From Camelus ferus (taxonomy: Eukaryota), in contig NC_045696.1 in NCBI RefSeq assembly GCF_009834535.1, forward strand, positions 52,888,001 through 52,952,000: a stretch of 64,000 nt of DNA, given 5' to 3'. Both the position numbers and the translations under genes were made by a program. The notes beneath the pieces were generated by a model. That model saw only the letters and a program-made list of their open reading frames with translations. It had not been told where the DNA came from and searched no databases. Of this stretch, positions 12,201 to 25,759 are shown piece by piece; position 1 is the first letter of the stretch; each line of letters starts with the position of its first letter.

Positions 12201-14199
12201 AGAGGAGACAGCAAGCCCTGAACAACTGAGAATTGGCTGATTGGCTAAGCCAATGTGTACATGAGAAATAATGACATCTCATTGAGAAAGAGGCCAACTT
12301 TTCAGAAAGGAAGCCCAGGTAAAACTAAGAGCCATTGCATATGAGCACTGGATACCACAAATCTAGTCTTTGTTTTCTGGCCTTTCATTAAAAAAATGTT
12401 TTTATGACAACACTTGTATCACAGATCAAATGCTTAATTTAATTTTAAAATGCTAGCATTAAACACAATCTTGGTGCCTATGAATTTAAATTCATTTAAT
12501 TCTATATTTAAAAAGTCTGAATTAGGTGTAAACATTAAGACCCATTAAAGAAACACGTAAATAAAAATGAATTTAAAAGCTCTTATAGATTTGAATATAC
12601 TGGTGACCACAGACATCAAGGGAAAAACTCTACTGCTTAAGTCAACATAAACTGAATGGTTGCCTGGACATCAGTGATATTTCTGGTGATCATTTCTGTG
12701 TCACTAGCCTCTGGACAGGCTGACTGATCCCAGAGGGAAAAACGACTTAGGCTAGACTAATAAACTCTTCCCTGGAAATGTGAAACTTGAATGGAGTCTC
12801 AGAATGAGATGTTTCGTTAATGACATCATGCTACAGAGAACTGTCTCCTGCTTAACAGTTGCTTGTATGTCTTCTGCTCACTTTGTTTATGATCCCACCC
12901 ATCCAGCTTATGAATCTTGTTGCCTCTACCCTGCCAATGAGGGCTTTACTAAAAGCAAACATTCTTCTACTGCTTCGTGACTTGCTCTGTTCTTGGACTT
13001 GGTAGTTGTTTATATTCACTTGCTACTTAAATGGGGGTTCTAAAGTGACACTGATTAAGAAAGATGGGACATGGGTAGTATGATGAATGAACTTAATGGC
13101 CATAAAGAAAAATTGGAAAAATATCCAATTCCTATAAAATATGAAGTAGGATCAGATTGGGTCATGCTCATCTTTTTCACTCACCTAATAAATATTTACT
13201 GATTACTGAAGTCTATGCTATAGGTAGTCTAGATTCTCTTTCCAGATGGTACAGCTGCTGTGAGAACTATGGGTTGCAGCTTATATTTGTGGCTTTCTTT
13301 GGAGAATTTTTGGTGGATGGGAACTAAGATGTCCAGAAACCTTTGCGTTACAAGTTACTTGTTCCCAAGTGATTAAGGATGGACTGTTTCAAAATTAAGC
13401 CCAGCCCTTCCAGATGGGACAATCAAGAATTTGTACCTGATATAGGGAGAATAAGGCAAGTTGACTGAATGAGAAAGAGAAGTGAAGTCAACTCCTATTC
13501 CACTAAATTCCAAAGGATTATTTACATTTTCAGATCCTAAAACCCTCTTTCATTTATTACCACTGGGAACAAATAGACAACTGGCTAGGGTTTGGGAGTG
13601 TCTTTATTAAACAAAGGATTTTGTTACACTATAATCTACTAGAGGAAATTTGGGTAAGAAACAGAGAACTGATTCAAAAGGATGAGAAATATGAAGGTCA
13701 GAAGGCAAGAAGATAAATAGAAAGGTAAATGAAAGAAAAAGTGGTCTAGGGAAGAGAGTCCTGGTATGACTGTACTTTGATGGAACCAGGGCTGGGAAAT
13801 ACTCGTAACAAGACTGTGTGGGTATTTGATGGGCAGGGGATGGGCATATGATTGTGCCCATAGTGTAGATGGCATAAGCATTGTATGCCGATAGTGTACA
13901 TGTAGAAGTTCAGGTACAATGAATAGCTGATTGGGTCCCTAAGCAAGCTGGGGCTCTGTCAGAATCTTAGATCTGAATCAAGTGTAGGGTGGTAATCCTG
14001 GGTATTCCCTATTTACTCACTACTAAGCCATTGTTTACATAAAGAAATGAAAAGAAATTATAACTTAGAAGTGAAAAAAAGAATACTATAAAAGGAGAAT
14101 GAGTCAGGATTGGCACAAATGGTTAAAGCTAAAATGAAGTATTTTTGAAACTTCATGAGGGGATACGAGGGTGGAGAAAATAACTGATGAATGGAGTCA

Positions 14200-15460
14200 A
14201 AAATAAATGAGGGACATGACATTAATGATAAATCCAAATGGCTGAGAGACTCAACTAATTTCTTAAATCTTGTTTTAATAAGAAGACAATTACCGTGTAT
14301 GAGTAGGATACAATTAACTTTCTGCAAAAAACAGCTCCTAAAAGCAGAGAATGGAGTAATTGGAAAATTTGGACATTAACAAATCAGTGACTCTGGGTAT
14401 ATAATGCCTACAATTGATCTGATAGTTGCATGTCACAGTGACTGAATCTGATTATTGCAAAGGTATGAAGAAAAGAGAGAACTATATATATCCAAAAGAT
14501 GTAGTAATAATAAATGAATGGAAATAATCTTCATAATGGGTAAAAAGAGAATGATTTTGGAGGCTGATTTAAGCAGTTCTTAAATGGAACAGATGTTTGT
14601 AGAGAATCATTTTAAACATCAAGATGACAGGTAAGCAATATTATCTCGAGAAGAACAAATGGTGGACATCTTTTCTGGTTGCTTTATGGTGGACAGAATC
14701 ATAAGCAAGTAAAAAAGTCACCACAGGACAACTCGTATAGTTGAATTTCAATAAATAAGAAATAGAGAGTAAAGATTTTAATTTGATTCAAATTCAGTCT
14801 GAAATTAATGCTATTGTTTTGTCAGTTAGTAAAGATTTATCATGAGTGACCAGAGATCTAGTTCTGGTGATCTCTTTAGAGGCAGTATTATACTGAGTAT
14901 CATTGTATACAAGAATGACTACAGAGAAATTGCAGATGGCACTAGATTTAAAGATATTGCAAATGTCAGAGAACTGAAAAGAATGCAAGGAATGCCAACA
15001 CATTTACAAATATAAACAGAAAGCATCTAAAATAAGATTGAACTTGGCAAAAATAAATGTTCTAGCAGAGGAGAAAACAATCTAACAGACACACATATTC
15101 AATAAGAATATGAACCTAGAAATCAGCAACACTGAAAAAAGAACAAGCATGAATGATTATAAGAAACACAAGTATATTCTGAGTACAGCAAATATAAACA
15201 AAGAGCTCTTCTTTTAGATGCTGATCATAAGGAAGCACTCTTCAAAGGTCACAGAGGTGCTTGCAGATACAATACAGGAAAATTGAATAAAAAATGTTAT
15301 TTAATACCTAGTATCTGCAAAATACCAAGCAAGACTCAGAAGAAGGTATATGAAACATGGAAAATTCATTGAATATCTTTATGACCCAAATATTAAAAAA
15401 TTGAAGAAATTTAGTGAAGAGAAGAGCAAGAATTAATGAGATGGATAAACTGTAAGAATG
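14200..15460 (+). mobile_element. Ancient CR1-clade LINE relic (decayed ORF2/RT region)
   Basis: Ordered decayed motifs: KAE.LN.FF..VF-like (~14235-14285), KS.GPDGIHPR-like (~14380), AAATTGCAGATGGCACTAGA resembling KFADDTKL (14927-14946), LKELGLFSLEKRRL-like (~15395-15435); many stops and frameshifts. Confidence 0.6.
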
Positions 15461-15464
15461 CTGC

Positions 15465-15600
15465 AAACTCAATTCAACAAATACTCAAATTTAACATCTG
15501 CAGTGTGCAGTGCAATGTGCTTGGTGTTAAAAAAAAAAAAAAGCAGAATTTGCATTCATCTGCTCCAGCTCTCCAGTGTTTTATTCTTCTTTGGGAGAGA
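15465..15600 (-). mobile_element. L2 LINE 3' end
   Basis: CAATTCAACAAATACT...TGTGCAGTGCAATGTGCTTGGTG...CTGCTCCAGCTCTCCAG. Confidence 0.5.
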
Positions 15601-15864
15601 GATTTAAATACACCAGAACCTGCCTTGTATTCAAGAATTTTAGGAGTTGTAAATGTGGAATAGTGAGAAGGACACTAGAGTGAGCAGAGATCCAAGATCT
15701 GTTATGATTATGAGATTATGTGGTTGGGTGAGATGGTCCCAATTCCTTTCTCTATGTTACAATTCCATGGTTTTCAGTTCTGAAGAAAAGACTAGAAGAC
15801 TAGAGGGGAAGTGAGGCCATATCAACCAAGGAAAGAAAAGAGTGAATTGAAGGAGATAAGCTTA

Positions 15865-16016
15865 GGGGAGGGTATAGCTCAAGTGGTATAGTGCATGCTT
15901 AGCATGCACAAGGCCCTGGGTTCAATCCCCAGCACCTCCTCTAAAAAAATAAATAAACCTAATTACCTCCTCCCCTCAAATTAAACAAAACAAAAATAAA
16001 ATAAAAAATACAATAA
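15865..16016 (+). mobile_element. tRNA-Ala-derived camelid SINE (Vic-1-like), full length
   Basis: GGGGAGGGTATAGCTCAAGTGG (A box)...TTAGCAT...GGTTCAATCC (B box, 15919-15928), then AAATAAACCTAATTACCTCC and A-rich tail; TSD TGAAGGAGA[TA/CA][A/G]GCTTA at 15848-15864 and 16017-16033. Confidence 0.92.
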
Positions 16017-16959
16017 TGAAGGAGACAGGCTTAATACCAAAGGAGATAAGCTTAATACCAATTATAGGCATGAGCAGCTGGTCAAAAATCATGCTGTAAC
16101 CAGCACAGGTCAAGACTGGAAGATAAAAATCACATTTTGGGGAGCAAATATCTGCTATGTAGTGTGAGATACTCCGTTATCTCATTTCAATCAAACTGGA
16201 TATCGGAAGCAACTTATAAAAGCAAGGCCCAAATTAGCACCAAGAACCATGCAAGCTGATGCTGCCAGGATCTGAAGCAGTACCATGGAGAGCTCCCACT
16301 ATGTCAGTGGGCCTGAAGCCAGGGTTGCCCTGTCATCACATAAAGTTCCCCATCAAATAGAAAGTGAGCATTTGTGTTCTTAAAGTATCCTCCAAAAAGA
16401 GTAATGTCAGAGTTTTCATCTGTAACAGAGCTTTGTCTACCAAATATGGCTTTTAGTGGAGGGCTGGTTTTTCTAAGTCTTTGGCAGAGATTTATTCTTC
16501 AAGTCTTTTAGTCTTTGCTGGAAATTTATCCTCTGAGAGTACAGATCTGTTCCAAGTCTTATCTTTTGACTTCTTCTTGGTAAAGGAGCTATTTAAAAGA
16601 GCACAAAGGAGTTACTATTCAGCAAGAATAGCAGGATGAATATATAATACCAGCCCATTTCTTCCTTATTTTTATTGAATATTTTATAATTTTACTATGC
16701 CCATATATTAAAATGTTAAAATAAAAACTATAAGATAACTTATTAATTTCTATTCTATAACACAAAGTCAAAATTGAGGGAGAGTCTTATTTTAACAAAA
16801 GTTAGATAAAATGTTGATAATTCAGATATTTTCTCTTTATGTTTATATGCTTTATGATGTCTTACAGGCATCAATTTTAAAGGTTAGGATGAATAAATGA
16901 ATGAGGAAAAGTTAAGGTAAAATATTACAAAAGTATATTCAAAAGTCAAAAGAATATTT

Positions 16960-17125
16960 AATAGAATCACAGAATGTTAATTATGGAAGGGACCTTGGAG
17001 ATTTAATTTAAAGTCCTTATTTTACATTTGAGATAACTGAGACCAGAAAGATGAAGTTAGTAGTTGACAGTAGCTCCAATTAAAATTTAAATCTGACATC
17101 TATTGCTTTGCAGTCTTTTTCTTAA
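16960..17125 (-). mobile_element. MIR (MIR3/MIRc-like) relic
   Basis: GAATCACAGAATGTTA...GGAAGGGACCTTGGAGAT...ATTTTACA...AACTGAGACCAGA. Confidence 0.65.
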
Positions 17126-17141
17126 ATTACATGCTAATCGT

Positions 17142-17335
17142 CACTACTATTCAAAATGTAATCTGTGAATTTTTTTACTGGTTCACCAGGTAAGTATGCT
17201 TATCCAAATATTTAATCTCAATTTCTATATTTATCTCATAAATATATATATTTATACATGTATAGTGCATATTCATAGGCAGTTAATATTTTACCAACTG
17301 GCACTGGTCCATGGACCGCACTTTGAGTAGCAGTG
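17142..17335. mobile_element. hAT-Charlie-type MITE
   Basis: Imperfect 17-bp terminal inverted repeats CACTACTATTCAAAATG and CACTTTGAGTAGCAGTG. Confidence 0.6.
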
Positions 17336-19345
17336 ATGTAAATGACAACATGCACCATCTAAAATTATAACAAAGATGGTTACAGAGTGGAAAGATGCTA
17401 TGTCCAAGTAAATGAAGGTCTACAATTCAACTTTAAATTCTCCCATTTTTCCCTCAGACTTGAAACATTAGTGGCATTCTGTTCCTGGATTTTCCCCAAA
17501 CAAAACTGTTAATGCTGCTTTCAGTTCTGACTCTCAGTATCTCTAGTCTGTTCTTAATCCCTTTTTGAGTGGTTGTCAGAAACAAAGTGGGCAAATGGTA
17601 CTGGCTGAATAGGCTAAAGCTTCATCTCCATAAACCCACTTCACTTATGACCCAAGATGAAATGGAGCAGCTGTCTCAGAGGATAGGATAGATATCATTT
17701 GCAGGTTAACAATGTGTTATCCTTTCTTATGTATTTTGGAAATTGGAAACCACCTTTAGATAGTAAGTCAACTTTTTTTACTCAAATTGCTGAATGTTTC
17801 ATTGCTGCCTATGTAAACAGAATTCAGCAATAATGTTCCCTTGGATAAATATGCTCAACTTTAATCATTTTTTAAAAACCATTCTCCTGTGACAGAGACC
17901 TCATACAAATGCCAAGCCAGCATCAGCAATAATTAACATACAAGAAATGTTATGTGTTCTTGATATTAGAACAGTAGGTTTTCTTTGAACCACTTTGACC
18001 TTAAAACATGGGGCAAAGTAATAACCTACATAAACAGGAATGGCTTTCATTAGAACTCAAATGAATATTTTTATCAAACTTTTAGCAAATTCAATTAGTT
18101 TTTAAGTAGCTGTTAATACTTTATAATATTGAATAAATACTCTATGGTAGAGCTGACTATAATTAGAGTGGTGACTATATGAGAGCTGCCTTTCTCCTTT
18201 CTATTATGTACATTATTAGTATGGTTTTATTATGTCCATACATTTATGCAACTATCAGACACTATAAGAACAGCTTGTTGACTTTTTAATCTTAGAATAT
18301 AAATCAAAGTAAAGACAGATCTTATTTTAATAAATAGCAAAAAGCAAAGTTCTACATATATTAAGACCATTTCACTGCTCTTGATAAAATGAATGAAATG
18401 TTTTAATAAATATCTGCCATTTATTAATTTCATTTAACTCAGCTCTTCTGGTTTTTCATTAAGTAGAACAATTATATTAAATAAGTTCATGTAGGAAGAT
18501 AAGTATTTCAAATGATGTTTGACCCAGTCCTTCCAAATTGCAGCCAATTTTGGGGAGTAGGGACAGGGTGTTTTGTGTTTTTCAGAGCCATGGCCAGAAA
18601 CTGAGGTCACTGTCATTTAATGAATTATCAACTCAGCAAGCATTTGATCTCTATACATATCCATAGTATTTTAAGTGACAAAGGGGAGAGTGGCCAGAAA
18701 GTAGGTAGGAATTTAGAGTAGATGACCTCAGAAAGATTGGTGAATTATGTATTCTGCTTTAAAAATTGCAGGTGAACTGAACCTGCTTCATGTGGCTACA
18801 GTAAGCTTAATCATGCTCAGAAGCCACAGAAGTGAGGTACTGATTGATATTTCTCAGGCAGTAAGTACCATAGGATACCGTTTTGCCACTGAACCTAAAA
18901 TCTTGACCTATTTTGTGGGCAGTATGGGAAGCTCCAGCTCTCATGTCTCAAGGCACTTCACTTTACAAGGAGGAAATACCTGGGACCTTAAGGTCCCATG
19001 GATCAGAATTTTTTTTGGCTTTGTTTTGCTTACAGCTGCAGTCATCTGATGCTAAGGGGGCTGGGGTAGGGTAAAAAATACTGACTGCTCTTCATTGTTG
19101 TTACAAATTTTATTTGAGATGAAGGGCTATGAATCCTCATTGTTTGTAAGGTGACTGAACTAAACCAGAGAAAATCACAATAGCAGATTGGAAATTAGAA
19201 TGGTGGTTATTAGGCAGTTTACTGAATCAAAGAAATTCTATACTCTATTTAGATTAAAAAGTGGAAATATAAAAAATAAAGCCAATCCTACTAAGAATTT
19301 AATAGTAAGTACCAAATATTATTACTTATATTTATAAAGGGTATA

Positions 19346-19818
19346 CAGGTGTACTTCAGAGATGTTGCAGGTCAGCTCCAGACCATCACAATAAAGCAAA
19401 TAACATAAAAAAAAAAATCATATGATTTTTTTTGGTTTCCCAGTGCATATAAAAGTATTTTTACACTATATTATAGTCTATTTAGTGTGCAATAGCATTA
19501 TGTCTAAAAAAGCAATGTACATACTTTAATTAAAAATACTTTATTGCTAAAAACTGCTATCATCTGAGACTTCAGCAAGTAGTAATCTTTTTGCAATAGT
19601 AACATCAAAAATCACTGACCATAGATCACCATAACAAATACAATAATAATGAAAAAGTTGTAAACATTGTGAGAATTACCAAAATGTGACAGAGACATGA
19701 AGTGAGCAAATGCTGTTGGAAAAATGGCACCAACAGACTTGCTTGAAGCAGGTCGCCACAAACCCTCAATTTGTCAAAAATGCAAAAGCGCGAAGCACAC
19801 TAAAATGAGGCATGCCTG
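19346..19818 (-). mobile_element. Tigger1 internal-deletion derivative (TcMar-Tigger)
   Basis: Both Tigger1 ends present (CAGGTGTACTTCAGAGATGTTGCAGG... and ...AAAATGAGGCATGCCTG); TA on the left, CA on the right; no transposase. Confidence 0.9.
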
Positions 19819-19879
19819 CATTTATGCTTATAAAGACTTTGCTTAATCTATGCTTTGTGATATTCTAAGCACTTTCATC

Positions 19880-20195
19880 TGTGTAGTCTTCCTGTATTTC
19901 AGCTCACTCCCCTAGGCCCCTTCCATTTGCCATGAGAATAACATGTTTTGCCCCTGAAGCCCTGGCTCTGGCACAAACACATGTTAAGTTGACTTGAACC
20001 CAAACTGCGGCTGGACGCCAAGCCCCCTGAACTGCAGCCTGATGCATAGTCACACAGCTGGGCCTCGCCTAGATCATATGAGACACAGTTAACCTGAAAA
20101 TCTATGAATAGGAGAGTGAATGCCTCTTTTTGAAAGTACAGAGTCTGAAGGTGGCTTGTTATGCAACATTATAGAGCCAAGAACTAACTGATACA
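19880..20195 (+). mobile_element. MaLR LTR relic (old MLT1 subfamily)
   Basis: GCCATGAGAATAACATG... and 3' end GGTGGCTTGTTATGCAACATTA...AACTAACTGATACA. Confidence 0.75.
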
Positions 20196-23100
20196 AGTAT
20201 TAAGCCTGAATTGACTGAAGCAATCACTGGCTAAATGGTGGATAGTCTCTCAGGAAAATACAGCCACATTCACCTTGTCATTTGATTGGATTTAGATCAG
20301 GTGTTGATGAATAAAAAAGAAAATATTTATCCCTTCATATTTTCACTCAAAATACATGTATGTGTGGGGATGTGTATCTGGCTATGTATATACACACACA
20401 CACACAATTCTGCTGATTTAGAAAGCAGAATAAAAACACTTATTCCATTTTTTTCTCATAAACCATGAACTATCACAGCAAGACTTAAAAGAAGTAAAAG
20501 CTCTTAAGTGCCAATTAATTATCTTGTCATTGACTTAGCTGTGCTAAGAGCTGCTTCTCTTAATACATTTGTGTTTATCTTCCCATTACCCCCCTAGGCT
20601 TTTTCTGCAGCTTCTAGTCCCATCTGTTCCCGAACTTAGCTTTTATTTAGAATGCAGTTGTTAATTACATCTTTAACACCTCCCTGCTACTCTACACAGC
20701 ATCTGACCCCACACAACACCCAGTGTATCCTGGTGTAGATCATCCCTTCTGTTGTTCAGAGTTCCAAGTCTCCCCGTTTTCTCTCTCAAATCAAAATCTT
20801 CCTAATACATTGAAAGAGAAGCAGGGAATATACTTAAACTGGTTCTAGTCCACTCCAGTCCATGTCCATTGTTCCACTGAAACTCTGCTCTCTTTGAGAA
20901 TCAGACTTTCACACTTACTGCCTGGTCTCTTGAAGCTCACAACCTTTCTTTTGGGTGTTTTGTAAAATTCAAAGAATGCACAGGTTGAACAGAACTCTGT
21001 TTCTTCACAGTCCCTTCTTCTTTACCACCCTTATCTCAGACTGTTGAGAAGTATAAGTTTAGAAAAGAGGAAAGTCAACTATGTGGCACATTTTTTGGAA
21101 AGGAAGCCTTGCCTATCCTAACTCATTGGCTGGAAGAAGGGAGTCTGGGAGAACAAGAGACAGCCACTCCACACCAGCCCTCTGAGCACTAAGGATGTCA
21201 GCCCCTCTCAGAGCCAGACTCTGCCTTGCAGCCCACAGAGCAATAAACAGGGATTGAAAAGAAGGTTCTCCCCTCCACTCTGCCAACAGTCAGCTGGAAT
21301 TGAAAGGCTGCTCTTGAGGGTGGGCAACATTCCTTGTGTTGGAAACTGGAATGCAGCAAGCTGTCATTCTACATAATGGACACGTTGCTCTTTTAGAATT
21401 AAGTGTAAAATATGAGGTTGCATAGCTGTGTAATCTAAATATCTTTAATGCCAGATGTATTGGTGAATTTTCAGAGTTGTATGCACTGCTAGGGGTATGT
21501 GTGTTTGTGTATAGTGTTTACTAAGGAATAAAACTTGGATTCTGGTGCTCAAACTGGGGTTATATTTAGATGAGGTCTAGGACCTTCTGAGGGAGTCAAA
21601 CTACAAAGTCTGGGAAAAACTGACATTTCAAGTATGAATACATCACTGTATTAAGTCTCAGAAGGCCTGATTTTCAGCTCTGCTTTGGTCTCCAATTAGG
21701 TGTAACTCATAAATGGAGATGGTGGCATTAGAGTATCAGTGAAATGGCCATAGAGGGGAAAACGAGAGTGAACTCTAGCAATAGCCGTAGAGATTAATAT
21801 TCTATAACTCTATTTGATAATCCTATAAGAATAATTTACTTCTTTATTATATCTGAATTCTCTATAAACAATGTAACATTAGTAATTCTGTTTAGGAATC
21901 TCTACCAGGCTATTGCCTAAGACATAGTCCTAAAAATTGAACACTATGAGAGAAACCCTGTCCATATCTCCATCACTACTAAAACAATGCAAAAAACATA
22001 CAAATCATATTAAAAGCATCTTATAATGCATTTAAATATAGTTACAGTGGAAGAGATAATTTTAGGCACTCCCTCAGAACTGGCAAGAACATCCTCTTTC
22101 GCATCACTCCCATTTGTTATTGTTTGCAGACATAGTGAGTACCTAACACTTGTTTTATGTAAACAAATAAAAAACTCAATAAACAGTACCTCCCTTCATA
22201 CTCTGCGGCAGTAAACTTTCATTTTAATGAGATTTGGATTCAATACAGTGATTTCGATTTCTCTTCAAGTTGCTTAAAATAAGATTCTACCTGAATTTCT
22301 AAATCTCAAAAGCACCCATAGCTCTACAGACAGGTTCAATGCAGAAAATGTTAATGCGCTCTCTCCCTGAGATGTTCCGCAAATAATTCCCTAAACTTGT
22401 ACAAGGCATGGAACATCAACCAGGTAAAATTATTAATGACTTTACAGATTAATAGTCACATGACTCTACATGATAATCCAACAAGAACGGTTTACTTTCC
22501 CACTATATCTAAACTCTCTGTGAAACAACATGGCACTAGGAGCTCAGGCCAGGCATCTCTTCCAGGGTACATTAGTAGTTTGGCATGAGGACACTGCTCA
22601 CTTTTCCAGTCAAGGATAAGATGTCACAGGTAGAGAAGACTGAATCCAAATTATGGAGGTAATTTGCTTTTTAAGCCCTCTCACTTCTTCTCTACTGTTT
22701 TTTTCCTGTATTTCCAGAGCACATCTCCTGCTCTCGCCTGAGTAAAGCTTTTCACATGTCTATGTGAAATACACAGATGAAAATGAAATTTCAGTAAAAG
22801 ATGTAGTGATTAAGCCTGTAGAAACTCATGTGTAAATGACTGATGATGCTTATTATACTACATCCCCCCAGAGGTGCTTCCATGTGGAAAGAGTTTCATA
22901 CCCCAAAGGGATGAGCATCTAGTGAAAGGCTGAGCAGCCTTGGTCCTCTAGTGAAGCTCTTTACAGCCAGTGTGCTGGGTCACACACATGCGACAGGAAT
23001 TGGTTTCAGGTGTGAAGAGAGATTGAGCCCCTTAGCCCTCAGAGAACCCACTCAGTTTCCCCATCATCATGAGCAGCCCAGTCTAGTCAGCTGTAAAGAC

Positions 23101-23332
23101 ATCATCATTTTCCATGAGTTTCTTGATGTGAAAAGAGCTTGTGTGAAGCTCAGTTAGGATGAAGGCAGACTTTTTGGATGGGGAGATAGGTGTTTCCATT
23201 GTGACATAAATTATATGATAGTGTGCCCTCTGTATACTTTTCTCATCCAACACTAGCTTACTCTTAAAGACACTCCCAGCTGTGTGTGGAGGGAAGGCAG
23301 GGAACCAGAGGTGGATTTACCAGATACTTTAT

Positions 23333-23770
23333 TGTCATGGAATGGTGGCCCCAGTCTTCCTCCTTTCCTTATCCACACTCCTCGCTATGTTGAATGGAAT
23401 TTTGTAAGCCCCTCCCACTTCTGACTCTGGGCTCAGCCAGATGACTTGCCTTAACTACTGAGATGTTAGACAACATGATGCACCCTGGGGCTTGTTCTGC
23501 TCATGTTTTCTGCTACTGCTGTGAGAAGAAACAGGCCTGGATGGGCCTGATGGAGGATGAGGGATATGGTAAGAGCTGAGTCATCTTAAGACATGCCAAA
23601 GCCTTCTTAGATCAGTTGATCCCCCCAAAAAACAAGTCATCTCAGCCAAAATCAGCAGAGCCACTTTTGCCAATTACCCCACACACATGAGCAAAATACG
23701 CTATTGCTGAATGTCACTGAGTTTGTGGTTGTCTATTATATGGCAGTATTCAAGCAACAGATAATAGATA
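23333..23770 (+). mobile_element. MaLR LTR relic (MLT1H/I-like)
   Basis: GACTCTGGGCTCAGCCAGATGACTTGC...CACTGAGTTTGTGGTTGTCTATTATATGGCAGTATT...CAACAGATAA. Confidence 0.7.
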
Positions 23771-24300
23771 GTCTAACAAAGCCCATGCTTCATGGTCCCT
23801 TACTAACCAAGGATCCTTTCTAAGGCCCTAGGGGAGGCCTTAGCTGTTCAATTTGGTCAGATGTTTTGTAAAATTTGCAAAGTATGATTTTTGATCCCAA
23901 CGGGTTATAACTGTTGACTTCTTTCACCCCTCTTCTCCATCACACTCTTCCTAGTTGTGGGTGGCATTGTAGTAGCTCCAGTTATCTTGGGACTCCTGCT
24001 AAGGGGAAATGGAGTTGGTGCTGCCTATCGTTAGGTCGAATGGGATATGTTTATGAGGTTCACAATTGATTCCTTGAATAGTATATTATTCACACCCTAG
24101 TGTAAGAATTACCTTCCTTCCACTGTTTCATCTTATTCAGTATTGTAGGGACAAAAGTTGTAATATGATATGAGCATGTCTTATGTCACTCAACACTAGA
24201 ATTACGTAAGTAGTGGAGGACAAAGTTTGAAATGTTCAAATCCAAAAGACAGTGAATTATAAATTCTCCCAAACATCAGACCTGTAAAATTTAAGCAGAG

Positions 24301-24868
24301 TGGTTCAGCTGCTTGTGAAAACTATTTAGCAGAATCTACTGAAGCAGAATATTTGCCTACCCCAGGACCCAGTTCTAAAAGCATAGCCAGCATAACCAAT
24401 AAGTCCCACTCCTAAAACACAGCCAACAGAAATGAGTTCATGTCTTTATTAAATGACATACAGGAGAGCATTCTCAGTGGCATTATTTACAATAGTCCCA
24501 AACTGGAAACTGCCCAATATCCATCAGTAGTAGAATAAATTTTTCTAATCATGGCATATCCGTACATTGGAAAACTCAACAGCGTAAGAATACACTATCT
24601 GAACTATGTGTGTGTCACAAACACATTAAGGGAAAGAAACCAAACACAAAAAAAAGTATTATGGGGATTCCATTTATACAAAAGCAGGCAAATAGTGGCT
24701 ATTCTTATGGGTGCAGTGACTGGAGGAAGGCAAGAGGAGTGCTAACAGTGCTCTATTTCTTGATCTAAACACCTATTTCATGGACGTATATCTGTGAAAT
24801 CTCACTGAGCCATACGTATATGAAAGGGGCACTTTTCCTGTTTACACTTCAATAAAATATTTGAAAAA
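24301..24868 (+). mobile_element. Old L1 (L1ME-like) ORF2 end and 3'UTR
   Basis: GCATTATTTACAATAGTCCCAAACTGGAAACTGCCCAATATCCATCAGTAGTAGAAT...TATTTCTTGATCT...CTTCAATAAAA. Confidence 0.8.
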
Positions 24869-25470
24869 CTGTAAACAGGATTCAGCTATCACCAAAATGG
24901 AAAACTTTTCTTTTCAGGAATATTCTGATCATGTAGTATATATAATCATGAATACTATATATATAAATTATATATATGTATTTTTAATGTAAGCTGGAGC
25001 CATTTATCAGCATTCTTCTTTTTAGGAAAGTAGTCTGTCATATTACTACAAATACTGGGTATGGCTGTGTGGGAAGTTATCTGTAAAATCCTGCCATATC
25101 TCTGAATCAAGAAATACTTAAATTTCTTGTCAACTTTACACAAAACACTAGAACCAACAAAGATAACATAAAACTCTTAGTTTGCCACTAGAATGAAAAC
25201 ATTGGTCACATTGTGGTTAAAGACTGTTGTCAATTCAAAGAATATTTAAGAGTAGTCACTGTATGGGAAAACTTGAAGTGCTCTTATATCTTATAGCTTA
25301 GAAATGAGAGGATCCCAGTGGAATTTCCCTTATCCCCAGTTGACAACATTCCTAAACACTTGTATGATACTGCCAATAACAGCTGTGAAACTTTAAAAAT
25401 TATCGATACTATAATACAAACTTTGATCATTTGTAGCAAAGGGGAAATTAAATTGCCTTTCTATGTCTGT

Positions 25471-25759
25471 AGACATAGAAAACAAACTTATGACTACCAG
25501 AGGGGAAGGAGGTGGGAAGGGATAAATTGGGAGTTCAAGATTTGCAGATACTGACTGGTATATATAAAATAGATAAACAAGTTTATACTGTACTGTATAA
25601 ACTGTATTCGATATCCTGTAGTAGTTTACAGTGAAAAAGAACATGAAAACGAATATATATATATATATATATATACTCATCTATGACAAGCATTGTGCTG
25701 TGCACCAGAAATTGACACATTGTAAACTGACTATACTTCAATTAAAAAAAATACAAAAA
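25471..25759 (+). mobile_element. 5'-truncated young L1 3' end
   Basis: AGACATAGAAAACAAACTTATG...TGTAAACTGACTATACTTCAATTAAAAAAA; TSD core TAAATTGCCTTTCT at 25449-25462 and 25760-25773. Confidence 0.9.

Noticed and set aside
15865..15940. tRNA-Ala(AGC) gene
   Set aside because: The tRNA-like head is followed by a SINE body, A tail and TSD, shows CpG decay, and has two paralogues in this window; it is a SINE.
15697..16400. Old LTR surrounding the SINE
   Set aside because: Only a vague resemblance; I could not define termini or a family.
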